Of a stretch of DNA of 64,000 nt, positions 58,191 through 64,000 are shown in pieces. This DNA comes from Bacteroidaceae bacterium. Its GTDB lineage: Bacteria > Bacteroidota > Bacteroidia > Bacteroidales > Bacteroidaceae. The first letter of the stretch is position 1. The number at the start of each line of letters is the position of its first letter. The notes under the pieces were generated by a model that did no database searches, was not told where the DNA came from, and saw nothing but the letters and a program-made list of their open reading frames with translations. Position numbers and translations under genes: made by a program. The stretch covers positions 764-64,763 of the forward strand of contig JAGAAL010000035.1 of NCBI GenBank assembly GCA_017615245.1, read 5' to 3'.

Positions 58191-59549
58191 TCAATGTGCG
58201 CCACGGATACGACCAGAATCCAGAAGACCGTCATAATGTCTCATCAACAAGTGACTCTCAATATGCTGAAGTGTATCCAACACAACACCAACGAGAATCA
58301 ACAATGATGTGCCTCCAAAGAACTGGGCAAATTCACGCTGCACATTAAACAAGCTTGCAAACGCAGGCATTACAGCAATTAAGGCCAAGAACAAAGAACC
58401 TGGGAAAGTGATGCGTGACATGATACCATCAAGGTATTCTGCCGTGCTCTTTCCAGGTTTCACGCCTGGAATAAATCCGTTATTGCGTTTCATGTCCTCT
58501 GCCATTTGAGTAGGATTGATAGTAATAGCCGTATACAGATATGTAAATATGATGATTAATGCTGCGAAAATCACATTGTATACCACACTTGTGTTATCGA
58601 GCAATTGCATCATAAATGCATTCTGGCTAGCCCCCATAAACTGTGCAACCGTAATAGGAATAAACATGATTGCCTGTGCAAAGATGATAGGCATCACATT
58701 CGCTGCATATGGTTTGAGCGGAATGTACTGACGCGCACCTCCATACTGACGGTTACCTACAACGCGTTTTGCATATTGTACTGGAACTCGACGTACACCC
58801 TGAACCAACAAGATTGCTGCTGCTATCACCGCAAGCCACACAACGAACTCAACCAGGAAGCCAATCAAACCTCCTTGACCGAGAGAATCGAAACGTGTCA
58901 GGAATTCCTGAGAGATTGCTTGTGGGAATCGAGCAATAATACCAATCATGATGATAAGTGAAACACCTTGACCAATACCTTTGTCAGTAATTCTTTCGCC
59001 TAGCCACAAGATAAACATACTACCTGCTGCCAAGATAATGGTTGAAGTGATGTAGAACATCGTCCAATCAAGGCTTGAGTAAATAGCAGTACCATTTGTG
59101 GTTCTGTAAAGATTCACCAAATATGTAGGAGCTTGCAGAATGAGGATTCCAACAGTAAGATAACGTGTATACTGATTCATCTTCCTTCTTCCGCTTTCTC
59201 CCTCGCGTTGCATTTTTTGGAAATATGGGACAGCAATACCTAACAGCTGCATTACGATAGATGCAGAGATGTATGGCATGATTCCAAGTGCAAAAATTGA
59301 TGCCTTGGAGAATGCGCCACCTGAAAACATATCAAGCAAAGACATCAATCCACCACCTTCTGTCTGCTTTGAAAGACTCTCTAATGTCGCAGTATCTACA
59401 CCCGGAAGTACAATATAAGATCCAAATCTGTATACAGCGATAAAGGCGATTGTAATCAAGATACGCGTACGCAAATCTTCGATTTTGCAAATATTAGATA
59501 TCGTCTTTACTAACTTAATGTTCTTAAGTTTATCTATTGCTTTTCCCAT
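58191..59549 (-). CDS. secY: Preprotein translocase subunit SecY
   Basis: 452 aa, ten-helix hydrophobic pattern, FALGIMPYISASI. Confidence 0.96.
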   Translation of the reverse strand: MGKAIDKLKNIKLVKTISNICKIEDLRTRILITIAFIAVYRFGSYIVLPGVDTATLESLSKQTEGGGLMSLLDMFSGGAFSKASIFALGIMPYISASIVMQLLGIAVPYFQKMQREGESGRRKMNQYTRYLTVGILILQAPTYLVNLYRTTNGTAIYSSLDWTMFYITSTIILAAGSMFILWLGERITDKGIGQGVSLIIMIGIIARFPQAISQEFLTRFDSLGQGGLIGFLVEFVVWLAVIAAAILLVQGVRRVPVQYAKRVVGNRQYGGARQYIPLKPYAANVMPIIFAQAIMFIPITVAQFMGASQNAFMMQLLDNTSVVYNVIFAALIIIFTYLYTAITINPTQMAEDMKRNNGFIPGVKPGKSTAEYLDGIMSRITFPGSLFLALIAVMPAFASLFNVQREFAQFFGGTSLLILVGVVLDTLQHIESHLLMRHYDGLLDSGRIRGAH

Positions 59550-59553
59550 TTGT

Positions 59554-60000
59554 TTAGAGTTTTACAACATTACCACCTTTTTCAGTTATGATAGCTTCTG
59601 CTTTCTGAGAGAATGCATGAGCCTCAACTTCCAATTTAGAAGTCAACTCTCCTTTAGCAAGAATCTTAACCAACTGTTTTGAATTCACAAAACCAGCTTC
59701 AATCAGTTCAGCAATACCGATCTTAGTGAGGTTCTTATCATCCGCCAACTTCTGGAGTGTTGATAGATTAATTGCCTTATACTCTACACGGTTGATGTTC
59801 TTAAAGCCGAACTTAGGCACACGACGCTGCAATGGCATCTGACCGCCTTCGAAACCAATTTTCTTCTTGTAACCAGAACGTGCTTTAGCTCCTTTATGAC
59901 CACGAGTTGCAGTACGTCCCTTACCTGATCCGTAACCACGTCCTACACGTTTGCCTGTATGAGTAGAGCCTTCAGCTGGTTTTAAATTATGTAATTCCAT
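59554..60000 (-). CDS. rplO: 50S ribosomal protein L15
   Basis: MELHNLKPAEGSTHTGKRVGRGYGSGKGRT... Confidence 0.97.
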   Translation of the reverse strand: MELHNLKPAEGSTHTGKRVGRGYGSGKGRTATRGHKGAKARSGYKKKIGFEGGQMPLQRRVPKFGFKNINRVEYKAINLSTLQKLADDKNLTKIGIAELIEAGFVNSKQLVKILAKGELTSKLEVEAHAFSQKAEAIITEKGGNVVKL

Positions 60001-60027
60001 TGTTTCAATTTTTTGAAATAAATAACT

Positions 60028-60204
60028 TTAATCTACAACCTTAACAAGGTGATTAACCTTTTTGATCATTCCTCTCACTGAAGGAGTGTCCTCATGCTCA
60101 ACGACTTGGTTCATCTTGGTTAATCCAAGAGAATTCAACGTACGCTTTTGATCAACTGGTCGATTTGCACGACTCTTAACCTGCATAATTTTTATTGTTG
60201 CCAT
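60028..60204 (-). CDS. rpmD: 50S ribosomal protein L30
   Basis: Not in the ORF track because it is shorter than 60 aa. My own translation gives MATIKIMQVKSRANRPVDQKRTLNSLGLTKMNQVVEHEDTPSVRGMIKKVNHLVKVVD. Sits in the expected slot between rpsE and rplO. Confidence 0.9.
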   Translation of the reverse strand: MATIKIMQVKSRANRPVDQKRTLNSLGLTKMNQVVEHEDTPSVRGMIKKVNHLVKVVD

Positions 60205-60215
60205 GATATACCTCC

Positions 60216-60725
60216 TTATCCTCTAAACACCTTTGTTAAACTTACACCACGGTTCATTGCGACAGTCTTTGGATCACGAATACTTGTCAAAGCAGCAATT
60301 GTTGCCTTTACAAGATTGTGTGGGTTAGAAGAACCCTTAGACTTTGCAAGAACGTCAGTAATACCAACGCTTTCAAGAACGGCACGCATAGCGCCGCCTG
60401 CTACTACTCCTGTACCTTCAGAAGCCGGCATAATCAAAACACGAGCTCCGCCGAATTTTGCATATGCCTCATGAGGCAATGTTCCGTTCAGGACAGGAAC
60501 TTTCACTAAGTTCTTTTTGGCTGCCTCTACGCCTTTAGCGATTGCAGCTGTAACTTCACCTGCCTTACCAAGACCGCATCCAATTACACCGTTTTCATTA
60601 CCAACAACAACAATAGCAGCAAACGTAAATGTTCTACCACCCTTTGTCACCTTGGTAACACGATTAATAGCCACCAATCGATCTTTAAGCTCGACGTCGT
60701 TTCCTATTTTTACTCTATTAACCAT
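60216..60725 (-). CDS. rpsE: 30S ribosomal protein S5
   Basis: ...[27 protein letters not shown]... Confidence 0.97.
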   Translation of the reverse strand: MVNRVKIGNDVELKDRLVAINRVTKVTKGGRTFTFAAIVVVGNENGVIGCGLGKAGEVTAAIAKGVEAAKKNLVKVPVLNGTLPHEAYAKFGGARVLIMPASEGTGVVAGGAMRAVLESVGITDVLAKSKGSSNPHNLVKATIAALTSIRDPKTVAMNRGVSLTKVFRG

Positions 60726-60733
60726 AATCTTAA

Positions 60734-61075
60734 TTAAAATTTAAGTCCTGCTTTACGGGCAGCTTCAGCTACCTCTTTAACTCTACCATGATACAAGTAG
60801 CCATTGCGGTCGAACACCACTGTTGAGATTCCTGCCTCAAGAGCCTTCTTCGCAATAAGTTCGCCTACTTTTGCTGCTTGTTCGCATTTATTACATTTCT
60901 CTAATCCAAGTGAAGATGCTGCAACGAGTGTCTTAGCTTCGTCATCATTAATTATCTGAACGTAAATCTGCTTATTACTTCTAAATACAGACATACGTGG
61001 ACGTGCAGCAGTACCGGAAACTTTATTACGTACTCTATATTTGATTTTGATACGTCTTTCTATCTTTGTTATCAT
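60734..61075 (-). CDS. rplR: 50S ribosomal protein L18
   Basis: ...[21 protein letters not shown]... Confidence 0.97.
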   Translation of the reverse strand: MITKIERRIKIKYRVRNKVSGTAARPRMSVFRSNKQIYVQIINDDEAKTLVAASSLGLEKCNKCEQAAKVGELIAKKALEAGISTVVFDRNGYLYHGRVKEVAEAARKAGLKF

Positions 61076-61093
61076 AATTCGTACAATTTAAAA

Positions 61094-61663
61094 TTATTTA
61101 GCACTAGCTGACTTACCAGACTTTCTTCTAACAACTTCGCCCTGGAAGCGAATACCCTTACCCTTATATGGTTCAGGCTTACGCAATGAACGAATCTTAG
61201 CACATACTTGACCAAGCAACTGTTTGTCGCATGACTCAAGCATAATAAGAGGATCTTGGTTACGTTCTGACTTAGTCTCGACCTTAATTTCCTTAGGAAG
61301 AGCAAACAGGATTGCGTGTGAATAACCAATGGCAAACTCAAGAACATTACCTGTATTTGATACACGGTATCCAACACCAACCAACTGAAGTGTCTTCTTG
61401 TAACCTTCAGAAACACCAACAACCATGTTGTTCAAGAGTGCACGATAGAGACCATGGAATGCATGGCGCTGTTTCGTGTTGTCGGTCATCAGTTCAGTGT
61501 TCTCTTCCAAAGTAATCTGACCTTCATCAACTGTAACTTTGATGGCAGGGTTCACATACTGTGAAAGTTCACCTTTTGGACCTTTTACTGTTACAATGTC
61601 ATCCTTATGAGTAATTGTTACTCCTGCAGGAATACTAATAGGTAACTTACCAATTCTAGACAT
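61094..61663 (-). CDS. rplF: 50S ribosomal protein L6
   Basis: I start at the internal ATG at 61663 (MSRIGKLPISIPAGV). Confidence 0.96.
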   Translation of the reverse strand: MSRIGKLPISIPAGVTITHKDDIVTVKGPKGELSQYVNPAIKVTVDEGQITLEENTELMTDNTKQRHAFHGLYRALLNNMVVGVSEGYKKTLQLVGVGYRVSNTGNVLEFAIGYSHAILFALPKEIKVETKSERNQDPLIMLESCDKQLLGQVCAKIRSLRKPEPYKGKGIRFQGEVVRRKSGKSASAK

Positions 61664-61677
61664 TATATATCCTCCTA

Positions 61678-62073
61678 TTAATATACATAACAAAGTACTT
61701 CTCCACCAATTTTCAGGTCAGAAGCCTCCTTGTCTGTCATTACACCTTTGGAAGTAGATATAATTGCTATACCTAATCCGTTAATAACACTTGGCATGTC
61801 TTTATAACCAGTGTACTTACGAAGACCTGGTCTTGACACACGCTTCAAGCACTGAATAGCGCTTGTCTTTGTTGCGGCATCGTACTTAAGTGCGATCTTG
61901 ATGGTTCCCTGAGGGCCATCTTCTACGAACTTGTAATTCAGTACATAGCCTTTGTCGAAAAGGATCTTTGTGATCTCTTTCTTCAAATTTGAGGCAGGAA
62001 TCTCCACGACTTTATGTTTTGCCTGGATTGCATTCCTTAGTCTCGTTAGATAATCTGCTATTGGATCTGTCAT
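61678..62073 (-). CDS. rpsH: 30S ribosomal protein S8
   Basis: I start at the internal ATG at 62073 (MTDPIADYLTRLRNA). Confidence 0.96.
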   Translation of the reverse strand: MTDPIADYLTRLRNAIQAKHKVVEIPASNLKKEITKILFDKGYVLNYKFVEDGPQGTIKIALKYDAATKTSAIQCLKRVSRPGLRKYTGYKDMPSVINGLGIAIISTSKGVMTDKEASDLKIGGEVLCYVY

Positions 62074-62132
62074 ACTACTTAAATTAATCGGGACTCCCCG
62101 ACAATATTTAACAATGAATAATAACTCTAATT

Positions 62133-62432
62133 TTACCAACTGGCCTTCTTAACGCCAGGGATCAATCCAGCAGACGCCATCTCACGGAATTGAATACGAG
62201 AGATACCGAACTGACGGATATAACCTCTTGGGCGACCTGTAAGCTTACAGCGGTTGTGAAGACGAATAGGATTTGCGTTTGCAGGAATGTCCTGAAGTTT
62301 ACGAGCTGCCTCATAAGCTTCCATTGGATCGCCTGTTGCTACAATCTTCTTCAATGCTGCACGCTTTGCAGCATACTTTGCTACCAGCTTCGCACGTTTC
62401 ACTTCACGTGCCTTCATTGATTCTTTAGCCAT
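62133..62432 (-). CDS. rpsN: 30S ribosomal protein S14 (long form)
   Basis: [20 protein letters not shown]...[11 protein letters not shown]. Confidence 0.96.
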   Translation of the reverse strand: MAKESMKAREVKRAKLVAKYAAKRAALKKIVATGDPMEAYEAARKLQDIPANANPIRLHNRCKLTGRPRGYIRQFGISRIQFREMASAGLIPGVKKASW

Positions 62433-62437
62433 ATCAA

Positions 62438-62992
62438 TTATTTATTAGCGTCCTTAAATGGTAATCCAAATGCCTTGAGAAGTGCATAGCCTTCTTCATC
62501 TGTCTTTGCAGATGTAACAAATGTAATATTCATACCCATAATCTTATCAACTTGGTCGATATTGATTTCTGGGAAGATGATTTGCTCCTGAATACCAAGA
62601 GTATAATTACCACGACCATCAAATTTGCTTTCGATTCCCTTGAAGTCACGGATACGTGGCAATGACACACGAATTAACTTCTCAAGGAACTCATACATTC
62701 TCTGGCGGCGCAATGTAACCATCACACCAATTGGCATTTTCTTACGAAGATGGAAGTTTGACACGTCTTTCTTTGACAATGTTGCAACCGGTTTCTGACC
62801 TGTAATCTGTGCGATTTCAGTCATTGCCACTTCGATAACCTTCTTGTCTGCAGTTGCCATACCAAGACCTTGGTTAACTACAATCTTCTTCAATACAGGA
62901 ATCTGCATAGGAGAAGAATAGTTGAACTGTTTCATCAATGCAGGAGCAATCTGCTCTGCATATACATTCTTAAGATTTGCAGTAGTACTCAT
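62438..62992 (-). CDS. rplE: 50S ribosomal protein L5
   Basis: ...[21 protein letters not shown]... Confidence 0.97.
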   Translation of the reverse strand: MSTTANLKNVYAEQIAPALMKQFNYSSPMQIPVLKKIVVNQGLGMATADKKVIEVAMTEIAQITGQKPVATLSKKDVSNFHLRKKMPIGVMVTLRRQRMYEFLEKLIRVSLPRIRDFKGIESKFDGRGNYTLGIQEQIIFPEINIDQVDKIMGMNITFVTSAKTDEEGYALLKAFGLPFKDANK

Positions 62993-63309
62993 TAAATCTC
63001 CTCCCCTGATTTTTTAGCATAACGAACTAATTTGCCGTTAGCTCCTTCTCTTCTACCGATACGAGTAGCTTTACCAGTCTTAGGATCAACTACGTTAAGG
63101 TTAGAAATGTGGATAGGAGCCTCTTGCTTAATAATACCTCCTTGTGGGTGCTGTGCTGATGGTTTTGTACTCTTTGACACAATGTTCACACCCTCGACAA
63201 CGGCACGCTGCTTCTCAACAAGCACTGACAGCACCTTACCTGTCTTACCTTTTGAGTTACCTGCATTCACGATAACCGTGTCACCTTTCTTAATATGTAA
63301 TTTGCTCAT
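62992..63309 (-). CDS. rplX: 50S ribosomal protein L24
   Basis: [27 protein letters not shown]... There is a 1-nt stop/start overlap with rplE. Confidence 0.97.
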   Translation of the reverse strand: MSKLHIKKGDTVIVNAGNSKGKTGKVLSVLVEKQRAVVEGVNIVSKSTKPSAQHPQGGIIKQEAPIHISNLNVVDPKTGKATRIGRREGANGKLVRYAKKSGEEI

Positions 63310-63327
63310 TACTTTATTAATCTAAAA

Positions 63328-63693
63328 TTAAAGAACTTCAGTAGCCAAAGAAACTACCTTCATATTAGCAGCACGGAGCTCACGAGCAACAGGGCCGAAA
63401 ATACGACTGCCTCTCATTTCACCTGTATTACTCAGAAGAACGCATGCATTATCATCAAAACGGATATATGATCCGTCAGCACGACGAATTTCCTTCTTCG
63501 TACGAACAATCAAGGCCTTAGATACTGTACCTTTCTTGATTTCGCTTGAAGGAATTACGTTTTTAACCGTGACAACAATCACGTCGCCTACAGTAGCATA
63601 GCGACGGCGAGTACCGCCAAGTACACGGATACAGAGTACCTCGCGTGCACCACTGTTATCAGCAACTGTCAATCTAGATTCTACCTGTATCAT
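63328..63693 (-). CDS. rplN: 50S ribosomal protein L14
   Basis: [27 protein letters not shown]... Confidence 0.97.
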   Translation of the reverse strand: MIQVESRLTVADNSGAREVLCIRVLGGTRRRYATVGDVIVVTVKNVIPSSEIKKGTVSKALIVRTKKEIRRADGSYIRFDDNACVLLSNTGEMRGSRIFGPVARELRAANMKVVSLATEVL

Positions 63694-63695
63694 AA

Positions 63696-63953
63696 TTACT
63701 TAGCTCTTTCTACGATGTTAACTAATCTCCATCTCTTTGTTTTGCTCAATGGACGAGTTTCCATAATCAATACAGTATCGCCGATATTGCATTCGTTATT
63801 TTCGTCATGAGCATGGTACTTCTTCGTTTTTGTTACGAACTTACCATAAATAGGGTGCTTCTCCTTGAACTTGGCAAGAACTACGATGGTCTTATCCATT
63901 TTGTTGCTTACTACAACACCCTGTCTTTGCTTTCTTAAATTTCTATCTTCCAT
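63696..63953 (-). CDS. rpsQ: 30S ribosomal protein S17
   Basis: ...[14 protein letters not shown]...[13 protein letters not shown]... Confidence 0.97.
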   Translation of the reverse strand: MEDRNLRKQRQGVVVSNKMDKTIVVLAKFKEKHPIYGKFVTKTKKYHAHDENNECNIGDTVLIMETRPLSKTKRWRLVNIVERAK

Positions 63954-63965
63954 GTAGACTCAATT

Positions 63966-64000
63966 TTATTTGTTAAGTTCTCTCTGACGCAATTCGCCTT
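63966..64000 (-). CDS. rpmC: 50S ribosomal protein L29, C-terminal fragment only (the gene continues beyond the window end)
   Basis: The minus-strand frame reads ...GELRQRELNK then stop (stop codon at 63966-63968). Sits in the expected position upstream of rpsQ. Confidence 0.7.
   Translation of the reverse strand, partial: GELRQRELNK

Noticed and set aside
1-64000. Mobile genetic elements, prophage, or defence systems (restriction-modification, toxin-antitoxin, CBASS, retron-like).
   Set aside because: No integrase, transposase, phage structural, nuclease/methylase pair or small toxin-antitoxin gene pair is recognisable in any frame. Every ORF above about 150 aa is accounted for by the annotated genes.

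Overview
Bacteroidota chromosomal segment, Prevotella-like. Supporting signs are TAnnTTTG -7 promoter boxes, SusC/SusD pairs, T9SS C-terminal sorting domains and the Bacteroidetes gene order of the spc/alpha ribosomal operon. I count about 56 protein-coding genes. I recognise no rRNA, tRNA, CRISPR array, transposase or integrase. Layout: (1) 1-1260: MATE efflux gene, partial. (2) 1.5-8.8 kb: secreted enzymes, namely a 1252-aa T9SS cargo protein with an HExxH motif, a C-N hydrolase, a T9SS CE1-type esterase and a GH28. (3) 8.9-23.7 kb: housekeeping genes, namely parC-like, S41 peptidase, mtaB, GT2, gdhA, a secreted DUF4251/2H-like fusion protein, recG, an L,D-transpeptidase, DJ-1 and ispD. (4) 23.7-26.4 kb: FadL-like porin and GH53 galactanase. 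(5) 26.5-32.7 kb: minus-strand leuA-leuC-leuD-cimA-like-leuB operon, preceded by a candidate Ile/Leu leader-peptide attenuator. (6) 32.7-33.6 kb: repeat-rich non-coding junction. (7) 33.6-53.6 kb: tightly packed eight-gene minus-strand operon (CotH-like, triple-FAS1 lipoprotein, SusC, SusD, FAS1, FAS1, SusC, SusD) with no recognisable CAZyme or regulator. This is the most unusual system in the window. (8) 54-64 kb: ribosomal protein operon from rpmC (partial) to rplQ. All functional calls rest on my own recognition of protein motifs. No database search was run.
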